Assembly (NCBI GenBank): GCA_964636355.1
Contig: CAZWRG010000004.1
Span: 1-60,368, forward strand
DNA from: an uncultured Candidatus Saccharibacteria bacterium
Lineage (GTDB): Bacteria > Patescibacteriota > Saccharimonadia > Saccharimonadales > JAGQNK01
Direction: 5' to 3'
Length of the DNA: 60,368 nt
Shown piece by piece: positions 34,929 through 42,599 of the stretch. The notes under the pieces are model-generated. The model saw nothing but the letters and a program-made list of their open reading frames with translations. It was not told the DNA's origin and searched no databases. Positions within the stretch are counted from its first letter, which is position 1, and the number at the start of each line of letters is the position of its first letter. A program made the translations under genes and the position numbers.

Positions 34929-35936
34929 ATGGAAGCTGTTTACTTTCTTTTTGGACTTTTGGCAATCGTCGGTGTACCGGTGTTGTTTGTTGCAGGAATG
35001 ATAAGGCCATCTCGCTTTGATCGTATTTTCAAGGATGGTGCTACGCGGACTCAGGTCACGTTATTTTCAGTAGCAGCATTTATAGTTTTTATTACTGGTT
35101 CCATGATCACAGAACCGGCTAGCGTTCGCCAAGCGCGGTTAAGCGAACAACGTCAAAGTAGCTTATCTCAGCCAGCAGAAACAACGAATACAAACGATTA
35201 CTTTAACGATTCTCATACTCCAAAGCCAGAAGTAACCGATCTGGAAGAGCCAGTTGTTAGCGACTCGTACAAGGAGCGACATTACTGGCATAAAGTCGTG
35301 CGGGTTGTTGATGGCGATACGGTGCGGATTATGATCGATGGCAAAGACGAAAGCGTGCGCATTATTGGCATTAATGCACCAGAGAGCACGTCGAAGACGG
35401 AGTGTTTTGGTAGCAACGCCACAAACAAGGCTAAAGAAATCTTACAGACTGGCTGGGTTCAGCTAGAAAGAGACAATACCCAGCCGGATCGAGATAAATA
35501 CAATCGCCTGCTTAGATATATATGGGCGGGAGATGGTTCAGTTGATCTTGGCTATACCATGATCCACGGCGGCTATGCACATGAGTACACTTACCGTGTG
35601 CCGCACAATAAACAAGAATTATACAGGGCTGCACAGCATGAGGCCGAGTCAGCCACAAGGGGTCTGTGGGCTAAAGATACCTGTAATGGGCAAAAGGTTG
35701 CTGCTAGCACAAAGCCTAGCACACCGAAGGTTACAGTTAGCCCGCCAGTAGCGACTAGCCCTAAACCGCAATCTTCGAGTTCTCGGCCTGCACCAACGTC
35801 GGGCGTGGTTAAAAAGAGCAAAAGTGACATCTGTCACGCTCCAGGTACTACGTATTACAATCGAACCAAAAATTATACCGCCTACAACAGCCTACAGGCT
35901 TGCTTGAACTCTGGTGGTCGACTACCCAAGAGGTAG
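34929..35936 (+). CDS. Membrane-anchored thermonuclease (SNase family) with a Pro/Ser linker and a small Cys-containing C-terminal domain
   Basis: VVRVVDGDTVRIMIDGKDESVRIIGINAPES...RLLRYIW...GYAHEY. The N-terminus has TM helices. Confidence 0.8.
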   Translation: MEAVYFLFGLLAIVGVPVLFVAGMIRPSRFDRIFKDGATRTQVTLFSVAAFIVFITGSMITEPASVRQARLSEQRQSSLSQPAETTNTNDYFNDSHTPKPEVTDLEEPVVSDSYKERHYWHKVVRVVDGDTVRIMIDGKDESVRIIGINAPESTSKTECFGSNATNKAKEILQTGWVQLERDNTQPDRDKYNRLLRYIWAGDGSVDLGYTMIHGGYAHEYTYRVPHNKQELYRAAQHEAESATRGLWAKDTCNGQKVAASTKPSTPKVTVSPPVATSPKPQSSSSRPAPTSGVVKKSKSDICHAPGTTYYNRTKNYTAYNSLQACLNSGGRLPKR

Positions 35937-35944
35937 GTTTTTAT

Positions 35945-36253
35945 TTAAGATTCGTTGTTGTTGGGTTTTTTGGTGAGTTTATAGAGCGATGTGACGCCAG
36001 CAATGATTAAGATAGCTGAGAAAAGAAAAGTTAAGGCTTGGCCAGTGTTTATCAGGCTGCCGTTGCCGCCAGACTCCTCGTTTTCATCATCGGTTGCTGC
36101 GGCGCAAACTTCTCCTTGGCTGTAATCGCCGGCACCGTAGGTTCCACAGTCATACTGATTGGCGCTAACTCTGGCGGTTAGGGCAAATATACAGAGCAGA
36201 GTCAGTAAAATCAGGCTGATATTTCGGGTTTTCCTAAGTATGTTTTGAAACAT
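35945..36253 (-). CDS. Small secreted protein with an LPXTG-like sorting signal (LINTG + TM + basic tail)
   Basis: The signal peptide ends ...ARVSA. The C-terminus is SLINTGQALTFLFSAILIIAGVTSLYKLTKKPNN. Confidence 0.55.
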   Translation of the reverse strand: MFQNILRKTRNISLILLTLLCIFALTARVSANQYDCGTYGAGDYSQGEVCAAATDDENEESGGNGSLINTGQALTFLFSAILIIAGVTSLYKLTKKPNNNES

Positions 36254-36352
36254 GTCAAAAATAATTATAGCAGCTAAAAGTCAGATATTTACAAATAATC
36301 ATAAGCACTCTACAATAAGAAGCGTAAACCTAATAAAACAAAACAGGTCAAA

Positions 36353-36538
36353 ATGAAAGATCAAATAAACGCCCTACTGGTCAAAGAGATGACCCGTAAA
36401 GAATTTTTGCAACACATTGGCTCAGCAATGTTGATCATGCTGGGAATCAGTGGTGTTCTAAAAACTCTAACTTCACTAAACGCCGGCAAATCCCAAAAGA
36501 GTGAAATGGGATATGGTGTCAGCCCGTACGGCGGCTAA
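36353..36538 (+). CDS. 61-aa mini-protein: Tat-like signal/anchor (MTRKEFL) with a GYG...YGG tail
   Basis: Paralog of 8370..8591. It lies 80 nt upstream of tatA. Confidence 0.55.
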   Translation: MKDQINALLVKEMTRKEFLQHIGSAMLIMLGISGVLKTLTSLNAGKSQKSEMGYGVSPYGG

Positions 36539-36617
36539 TTATAAATTACAACGATCTTGCGGCTCTTTGGGTTAGGGCTTATGCTATAATTTGAACTGAC
36601 ACAACAAGGAGAAGAAA

Positions 36618-36812
36618 ATGTTTGGATTAGGTATGGGCGAACTCATTATAATTTTGGTTATCTTGTTGCTGCTTTTTGGAAGCACCAAGTTGCCAAAGCT
36701 GGCCAAGAGTATTGGCGAGTCAGCCGGTGAGTTGCAAAAGGGTTTTGACGGAGCAAGAAACAGCACTTCAAAAACTACCACCAAGAATTCAAAAAGCAAA
36801 AAAGACGCTTAA
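36618..36812 (+). CDS. tatA: Twin-arginine translocase subunit TatA/E
   Basis: MFGLGMGELIIILVILLLLFGSTKLPKLAKSIGES. It has an SD (AAGGAG) and an extended -10 (TGCTATAAT) upstream. Confidence 0.92.
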   Translation: MFGLGMGELIIILVILLLLFGSTKLPKLAKSIGESAGELQKGFDGARNSTSKTTTKNSKSKKDA

Positions 36813-36827
36813 TAAAGGAGGCTGATA

Positions 36828-37904
36828 ATGGCGCCGGCAGAACGTCAGCTCTCGTTCGCTGAGCACATACGGGAACTGCGTGGCCGCGTGATGTGGTCAC
36901 TGGCTTTTGTTGTGATTGGCGCTGGAGTTGGCTATGCACTGCACGACACTCTCTTGGCGATTTTGCAGCAGCCACTCCACGAAAAGCTGTACTACACCAC
37001 TCCTACCGGCGCGTTTAGCTTTATTATAAAAATCTGTACGGTTTTTGGATTTTTGGTAGCCCTGCCGGTGGCTATTTATCATATTTTTGCGTTTTTTGGT
37101 CCGCTGATTAAGGCGCGCACTAAAAAACAATTTATCTCTTACGTGTTGGCGTCGTTTTTGCTGGCTAGCGCCGGAATTGCCTTCGCATATTTTATTAGCT
37201 TGCCGGCGGCCTTAAACTTTTTGGTAAATTTTGGCAGTGACAAAGGCAGTATGGCGGCGCTGATCACCGCTAACGAGTATTTTAATTTTGTCCTGGCCTA
37301 CATTGCTGGTTACGCGGTGCTGTTTCAATTGCCGCTAATCATGGCGTTTATAAATAGAGTAAAGCCCTTGCCGCCAAAGAAAATGCTGAGCGGAACCCGC
37401 TACGTGATACTGGGTAGTTTTATCGTTGCGGCGATTATCACCCCAACGCCCGATCCGTTTAATCAGTTCATAATGGCTGGGCCAATAATTTTGCTGTATT
37501 TTGCATCGATTGTGATGATTATGTTCATAAATATGAGAGCTCGGCGCCGGCTCAGAAAAGCCGGTGAAGTGGTGCCGCACATTGAGCCGCGGACTATCGA
37601 GGCAATCTTGGATTCGTTGCCGACTCAGCCCAAGCCAGCAAGTGACATTCCATTGTTTGCGCCGCAAATTATCCCTGAACCAGCGCCAATTAGCCCAGTG
37701 CCAGCAAAACCAGCTGCTATCAAGCGGCAGCAGCCACGCCTGGTTTCAGATATGGTAGCCCAGCCAGCCAAACGCCCGGCCATGAACTCCACCCAACGGC
37801 GAGTGATCAGGCAAATCCAAGCTCAGCCTCGGCCAATGAATTTAAATCCTAATATTCGAGTGATATCCGATTTTATCCCCGCCACTAACCGATTATCTAC
37901 ATAA
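36828..37904 (+). CDS. tatC: Twin-arginine translocase subunit TatC with a roughly 110-aa Pro/Ala/Gln-rich C-terminal extension
   Basis: SFAEHIRELRGRV and a six-TM core ending near aa 245, followed by a low-complexity tail to aa 358. Confidence 0.9.
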   Translation: MAPAERQLSFAEHIRELRGRVMWSLAFVVIGAGVGYALHDTLLAILQQPLHEKLYYTTPTGAFSFIIKICTVFGFLVALPVAIYHIFAFFGPLIKARTKKQFISYVLASFLLASAGIAFAYFISLPAALNFLVNFGSDKGSMAALITANEYFNFVLAYIAGYAVLFQLPLIMAFINRVKPLPPKKMLSGTRYVILGSFIVAAIITPTPDPFNQFIMAGPIILLYFASIVMIMFINMRARRRLRKAGEVVPHIEPRTIEAILDSLPTQPKPASDIPLFAPQIIPEPAPISPVPAKPAAIKRQQPRLVSDMVAQPAKRPAMNSTQRRVIRQIQAQPRPMNLNPNIRVISDFIPATNRLST

Positions 37905-37936
37905 AACCCCTAACAAGACAGGTCTAAACTGATAAA

Positions 37937-38599
37937 ATGACACCTATGATTAATCCGCTGCTGGCCATTGGTGGGGTTGGAGTTATTTTGTTGATTTCGG
38001 AAATTTCCTGGAAGGTCAGCCACATCAAAAAACCAGAAATATATCGTAAGTTTGTGCATATTCTGACTGGTGTTTACATCTCCCTATGGCCGCTGTTTCT
38101 AAGCTTGGCCTGGATTCAAGCCTTAAGTATCCTTATGTTTTTGGTGGTTCTTGCCTCTAAACGGTTCAATATTTTTGGATCAATTCATGAAGTTACCCGC
38201 ACAACCTACGGCGAAATTATGTTTCCGCTGGGCGTGTTGGTGGCGGCGACTTTTGCCCAGTCGGGCTGGGTTTATATGGCAGCGGTGTTGCATTTAAGTT
38301 TGGCTGATGGCTTGGCGGCGCTTATTGGAGTAAGGTTTATGAAAAACTTTAGCTACAAAGTGTTTGGTCACACCAAGACCATCATTGGAACGGCGACTTT
38401 TTTTGTTGTGTCGATGTTTATTGTCGCTGGAGTGATGCTGCTTGACCCCTTGCCTTATGGCCAGAATGCCCAGTTTGCAATTATTATTGTGCCGCTTCTA
38501 ACTACTGTCATTGAAAATTTTGCTAGTTATGGAACTGACAATTTATTTGTGCCGCTGGCGGTTATTTTTATCCTGGACTCAATGAGAATTGTGGCTTAA
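37937..38599 (+). CDS. Polytopic membrane protein, polyprenol/phytol-kinase-like (CTP-transferase 1 superfamily)
   Basis: Seven-TM layout with KFVHILTG and LADGLAALIG blocks. The family assignment is tentative. Confidence 0.4.
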   Translation: MTPMINPLLAIGGVGVILLISEISWKVSHIKKPEIYRKFVHILTGVYISLWPLFLSLAWIQALSILMFLVVLASKRFNIFGSIHEVTRTTYGEIMFPLGVLVAATFAQSGWVYMAAVLHLSLADGLAALIGVRFMKNFSYKVFGHTKTIIGTATFFVVSMFIVAGVMLLDPLPYGQNAQFAIIIVPLLTTVIENFASYGTDNLFVPLAVIFILDSMRIVA

Positions 38600-38627
38600 C
38601 AGGGTAAAATGGCGTATAATATAAAGT

Positions 38628-39173
38628 ATGAAATTAGTAAAAAAGACCAGACAACATTTAGAAGATTATTTAAGAGAGTTCGTTTACGGTGGAATTGACG
38701 GCGCAGTTACTACTTTTGCGGTGGTGGCTGGTGCAACCGGAGCGCGGTTTGACGTAAAAGTTTTGTTGGTTCTTGGGTTCGCGAACTTAATCGCCGATGG
38801 ATTCTCGATGGGTGTCGGATCGTATCTATCGACAAAATCGGAGCAGGAATTAATGGTAAAGCGCGGCGAATCAATCAAGGACGAACCATCGCCGGTGATC
38901 AACGGCGCGACAACTTACGTGTCATTTATTTTAGTTGGTTTGGTGCCGCTGTTATCCTACACAATTGATTCTATTTTTGGGCTTGGGTTGGAGAACTTGT
39001 TTGCCATTGCTATAGCTCTTACCTCGCTGGCATTCATTGGAATTGGCTTGCTAAAAAGTCGAATATCGCGCTCAAATGTACTGCGTTCGGTAGCTGAAAC
39101 ATTAGTGCTGGGTGCTATCGCTGCTAGCCTGGCCTACATCTTGGGTGACGTATTAGAACGACTGATTTCTTAG
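38628..39173 (+). CDS. VIT1/CCC1 family Fe/Mn transporter
   Basis: REFVYGGIDGAVTTFAVVAG...ADGFSMGVGSYLS. Confidence 0.75.
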   Translation: MKLVKKTRQHLEDYLREFVYGGIDGAVTTFAVVAGATGARFDVKVLLVLGFANLIADGFSMGVGSYLSTKSEQELMVKRGESIKDEPSPVINGATTYVSFILVGLVPLLSYTIDSIFGLGLENLFAIAIALTSLAFIGIGLLKSRISRSNVLRSVAETLVLGAIAASLAYILGDVLERLIS

Positions 39174-39263
39174 GCGTTTAACGAGCTGCCTTGCTATTAA
39201 TCCTCAAAAGGCCTATACTAAAAAGTACTAAAGAAATTATAGTACTTCAGGAAGGGGTTATTT

Positions 39264-40202
39264 ATGAGGGCAGCGCAAATTAGTGAATACGGTGACGCTT
39301 CAGTCATCAAAATTAATGAGATTGAAAAGCCGCAGGCTGGCGATGGTCAGGTGGTGGTTGAGGTTTATGCCAGTAGTATAAATCCATTTGATACCACAAT
39401 TCGGGCGGGTTATATGAAAGACATGATTCCCCTTGAGTTTCCGGTCACTTTAGGTGGCGATATTGCTGGCGTGGTCAGCGAAATTGGCCCGGGTGTTGAG
39501 GGATTTAATGCTGGCGATAAGGTCTATGGCCAAGCAAATGCGGTAGCAGGTAACAGCGGAGCTTTCGCTGAATTTGCCGCCACTTCCGCTGGGCAGCTGG
39601 CGAAAATGCCGGAAAGTTTAGATTTTACCGAAGCGGCCTCGCTTCCGCTGGTAGCGGTCAGTGCTTGGCAAGGAATTGTTCAGCATATTGATCTGCAGTC
39701 TGGCCAGAAAATATTCATTCATGGCGGCGCAGGTGGAATTGGCACGATAGCTATTCAGATTGCCAAAAACCTCGGCGCTTATGTTGCTACCACAGCCACT
39801 GGCGAAGGTATAGATTACGTAAAACAGCTCGGCGCGGATGAAGTTATTGATTATAAGGTCCAGAATTTTGCAGAAGTGCTCCGCGACTACAACGCTGTGT
39901 TTGAACTGGCTGGCGGTTCGGAATTTGATAAAACCCTGACAGTCTTAAAAACTGGCGGAATTGGTGTGTCGATGATTGCGCAGGCCGACGAAGCCAGAGT
40001 AGCTGAACTAGGTGTTAGGGCAATATCTCAAAGTACAAAAGTAACTACCGAGGCATTAGAGCAGGTGTCAAAATTAGTCGAAGCCGGGGTTATAAAACCG
40101 CAGGTGGATAAAACCTTTAATTTAGACCAAGCTCAGGAAGCTTTTAAGGCCCGCGAATCTGGCATGGTTCAGGGTAAAATAGTCCTAAAAATTAAAGAAT
40201 AA
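39264..40202 (+). CDS. NADPH:quinone oxidoreductase / zinc-type alcohol dehydrogenase-like (MDR superfamily)
   Basis: GDGQVVVEVYASSINPFD...GGDIAGVV...IHGGAGGIGT...GKIVL. Confidence 0.85.
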   Translation: MRAAQISEYGDASVIKINEIEKPQAGDGQVVVEVYASSINPFDTTIRAGYMKDMIPLEFPVTLGGDIAGVVSEIGPGVEGFNAGDKVYGQANAVAGNSGAFAEFAATSAGQLAKMPESLDFTEAASLPLVAVSAWQGIVQHIDLQSGQKIFIHGGAGGIGTIAIQIAKNLGAYVATTATGEGIDYVKQLGADEVIDYKVQNFAEVLRDYNAVFELAGGSEFDKTLTVLKTGGIGVSMIAQADEARVAELGVRAISQSTKVTTEALEQVSKLVEAGVIKPQVDKTFNLDQAQEAFKARESGMVQGKIVLKIKE

Positions 40203-40241
40203 ATAAAAATGACCTCCTAAAAAGGTCACCTATAAATATTC

Positions 40242-40319
40242 TGGGGCGAGTGATGGGATTCAAACCCACGATCTTCTGTGCCACAAACAGACGCTTTAAT
40301 CCGCTAAGCTACACCCGCC
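40242..40319 (-). tRNA. tRNA-His(GUG) with encoded G-1 and CCA
   Basis: Minus strand G-GCGGGTG...anticodon loop TT-GTG-GC...CACTCGC-C-CCA. The T-loop TTTGAAT has U at position 56. Confidence 0.93.
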
Positions 40320-40470
40320 GCGTCACCGTGTAATGGTTAGGTGGCTATTTCGCCAACAAAACGAGTTTGCTTGGCAAAATTACCCACCTATCCAAGCCGG
40401 CTCCTTTTCCGATGTCCAAACAGCAACAAGTTGCTTGGTTTGGTCACCGGCGTTCGGCTACTGAACAGGG
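40320..40470 (-). ncRNA. Structured tRNA-leader element, copy B
   Basis: Same architecture as copies A and C. Hairpin 1 is CCAAACCAAGCAA-CUUG-UUGCUGUUUGG. Hairpin 2 has apex GCAAACUCGUUUUG. The tail ACACGGUGACG abuts tRNA-His. Confidence 0.55.
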
Positions 40471-40473
40471 GTG

Positions 40474-40502
40474 ATTATAGTACAAATTGAGAAAAATTCC
40501 AA
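40474..40502 (-). promoter_or_regulatory. Sigma-70-type promoter driving leader B and tRNA-His
   Basis: Minus strand reads TTGGAA, a 17-nt spacer, TATAAT, then the GC-rich discriminator CACCCCTGTTCAG. Confidence 0.65.
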
Positions 40503-40508
40503 CCATAA

Positions 40509-41003
40509 TTACTCTACTACCAAAAAACCTTCTGACTCATCTCTGTAGTGATGGACTAAATAGTGGCAGTTGTGACATAGCCATATCAGATTAGCGAGGT
40601 CGTTATTTGATCGGTCCTTGTCTTTGTGGTGAACCGCCAGAATTCGCTGGTCACTTGTTAGGCATTTAGAGCAGTTTCGTGCAAGTTTGGAGCGCAATAG
40701 TCGCTGCCGATAGGATGATTCGCCATTTACCCAATTTTTATGGTTTTTGCCAGTGTAAAGCTCGGAGTTCCGCCATTTTGTTTGGCAAGATTTACCGCAA
40801 AAGAATAATTTACTCTTAGATCTTTGCTGGTCAGTCAGCGTTTTGTAAATTCTCTTACCGCACACATGACAAGAACAATACATACCTGTTCGTTGGCCAT
40901 GATGCTGGCATGCCTTAGAGCAAAACCTCCCCCAGCCTTTTAATAAACGGTTAGGTTTGACGTAGAAACTTTTTGAGCATGTTTCACACGATACGTGGGG
41001 CAT
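40509..41003 (-). CDS. HNH endonuclease with duplicated CxxC...CxxxC zinc-ribbon modules
   Basis: AVHHKDKDRSNNDLANLIWLCHNCHYLVHH. Two modules match C..C.K..Y...FC.K.CQ. Confidence 0.8.
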   Translation of the reverse strand: MPHVSCETCSKSFYVKPNRLLKGWGRFCSKACQHHGQRTGMYCSCHVCGKRIYKTLTDQQRSKSKLFFCGKSCQTKWRNSELYTGKNHKNWVNGESSYRQRLLRSKLARNCSKCLTSDQRILAVHHKDKDRSNNDLANLIWLCHNCHYLVHHYRDESEGFLVVE

Positions 41004-41203
41004 ACCACAAGTTTATGTTATCTATACTAACAGGGTCAAGCAGTAGTTTCTGGGCAAGCAAAATTGGTTAAGTGCTTTATACGCTTAATACAAGCTCGGC
41101 GCCGATAACCAGGGCGCCTAAAAAGGCTGCGCCTTTCCAAAAATTTCTGCGGGCTTCTTTTTCCTGTGGTGACTTCTCTGACATAATTCTATTTTATCAA
41201 AAA

Positions 41204-41695
41204 CTAAACCTTAAAATCGATGGTTTTAGTGATTTTGCGCATAGTGCCATCACCACTGGGGAACATGTCTATTAGGGATACAGAGTTTATGATTCGCTTT
41301 TCACCTGGTTTTAATGAGCCGGATTTTTGCTTTGTGCTATGGGGCTCATAGCCTTTTCCTTGATACTCGGGTGAGTTATAAACTACACCGATTTCCTTTA
41401 GCCAATTATAAATTTTGGAATAAAATTCCATTAGTTCAGGCGATTTTTTGACTCTCATCACAGGAATATTATGATCTGGCCCAAACAAAGCCTCTTCTTT
41501 AGCTTCGACTTCAAATGCTGGCGTGCTGGCGGCTACCTGGGAAAGCTCCTCGGCAAGTTCCTGGCCATTTTTTGAAGTAGCAAAAACTCCGCCATAAGTT
41601 ATGTGCAAAGGGGAGTTCGCAAAATGAAACTCGTAACCTTCCGGTTTGGGCTCTAAGAGCGAGCAGATTGTCCACTTTTGCGTAAATTTTTCCAT
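41204..41695 (-). CDS. 2H-phosphoesterase superfamily protein (LigT/2'-5' RNA ligase-like)
   Basis: Two H-x-(T/S) motifs at the expected spacing: PLHITYGG and YEPHSTKQ. Confidence 0.5.
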   Translation of the reverse strand: MEKFTQKWTICSLLEPKPEGYEFHFANSPLHITYGGVFATSKNGQELAEELSQVAASTPAFEVEAKEEALFGPDHNIPVMRVKKSPELMEFYSKIYNWLKEIGVVYNSPEYQGKGYEPHSTKQKSGSLKPGEKRIINSVSLIDMFPSGDGTMRKITKTIDFKV

Positions 41696-41722
41696 AATTT
41701 TAGTTTATCAAACCCAGCAGTA

Positions 41723-42313
41723 TTATTTAGCTCGCTGATTTAGCCAATCTGGAATGTTTGAAAATCTAATCTCTGGCCAACTGCTTATCTCTTCTTCGGT
41801 GACATCATAAATTGCCTGGTAGGCTGGCTCAACGCTTCCATGCAGCGCGCGAGAATAATCCAGCTCTAGCTTCGCTGCTACTTCACGCAGAGTTTTTTCG
41901 TTTGGAGCTTCAATCTCCACAAAACCCGGAATCCACGGCCAAGTATCCAGCTCGATTTCCACTTTTCCCAGGCGCCAACTCTCACGTTTGGTTTCCTGGC
42001 AGGACTTAACCCTAAGACCTATTGATTTCAGAAAACTACAAGTCGTATCAAAATCATCAACCGCCACAGTTACTTCTTTGGTTCCTTGCAGGCTGCGATC
42101 GTCAAGTTGCTTGTAGCTAAGAGTTACTTTATCTCCTTCATTGCGGACTCTGACCCAGCCGCCTATTTTTTGGAGTCGGCCGTCTTCATAGTCAAAAACC
42201 GCGCGGGTCATCAAGCGTTCTGGTGTGATAAGTGTTGCTCCGCAGACTTTAAGCTTTTGACGTATATCATCGTGACTTACATCAAGCCACTTAGCCTCAA
42301 TCTCTGTTTTCAT
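41723..42313 (-). CDS. CYTH-domain protein (triphosphate tunnel metalloenzyme / class IV adenylate cyclase-like)
   Basis: N-terminal EIEAKW (ExExK) motif, the alternating charged beta-strand pattern of the tunnel fold, and ...VEIELDTWPWIPGFVEIE. Confidence 0.75.
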   Translation of the reverse strand: MKTEIEAKWLDVSHDDIRQKLKVCGATLITPERLMTRAVFDYEDGRLQKIGGWVRVRNEGDKVTLSYKQLDDRSLQGTKEVTVAVDDFDTTCSFLKSIGLRVKSCQETKRESWRLGKVEIELDTWPWIPGFVEIEAPNEKTLREVAAKLELDYSRALHGSVEPAYQAIYDVTEEEISSWPEIRFSNIPDWLNQRAK

Positions 42314-42370
42314 ATCTCAACTATAGCAAAATAGACACCCGGTTGGTGTCTATTGGATAATTTCTTGCAA

Positions 42371-42447
42371 TGGTACCCCGGGTAGGACTCGAACCTACGA
42401 CCTAATGGTTAGAACCCACTTGCTCTAATCCACTGAGCTACCGGGGC
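42371..42447 (-). tRNA. tRNA-Arg(UCU), CCA encoded
   Basis: Minus strand GCCCCGG TA GCTC AGTGGATTA GAGC A AGTGG GT-TCT-AA CCATT ... TTCGAGT ... CCGGGGT A CCA. Confidence 0.9.
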
Positions 42448-42514
42448 ATACCACTGGCGTATTTTAACAGAAAAACATGCAATTTAACAGAGATATGTTA
42501 TGATAGACTGCGTT

Positions 42515-42589
42515 GCGGGTGTGGTATAACGTTTATTACTCCTGCCTTCCAAGCAGGCAACGCGGGTTAGACTCCCGCCACCCGCACCA
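42515..42589 (+). tRNA. tRNA-Gly(UCC) with a non-canonical D-loop and T-loop, CCA encoded
   Basis: GCGGGTG/CACCCGC acceptor and anticodon loop CT-TCC-AA. The D-loop AACGTTTA has no GG. The T-loop is TTAGACT (A at 56). The variable loop is 4 nt. Confidence 0.75.
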
Positions 42590-42599
42590 TTAGGATTCC

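Noticed and set aside
34242-34930. I looked for an att-type duplication of the tRNA-Pro 3' end around the AT-rich orphan gene 34355-34885.
   Set aside because: I found no second copy of ...ATCCCCGACCA or of the terminator downstream by eye, so island status is unsupported. I kept only the weaker motif-sharing observation.
41072-41275. A 67-aa plus-strand ORF in the HNH / 2H-gene spacer.
   Set aside because: It overlaps the 3' end of the 2H gene on the opposite strand and has no SD or motif. The spacer more likely holds the HNH promoter.
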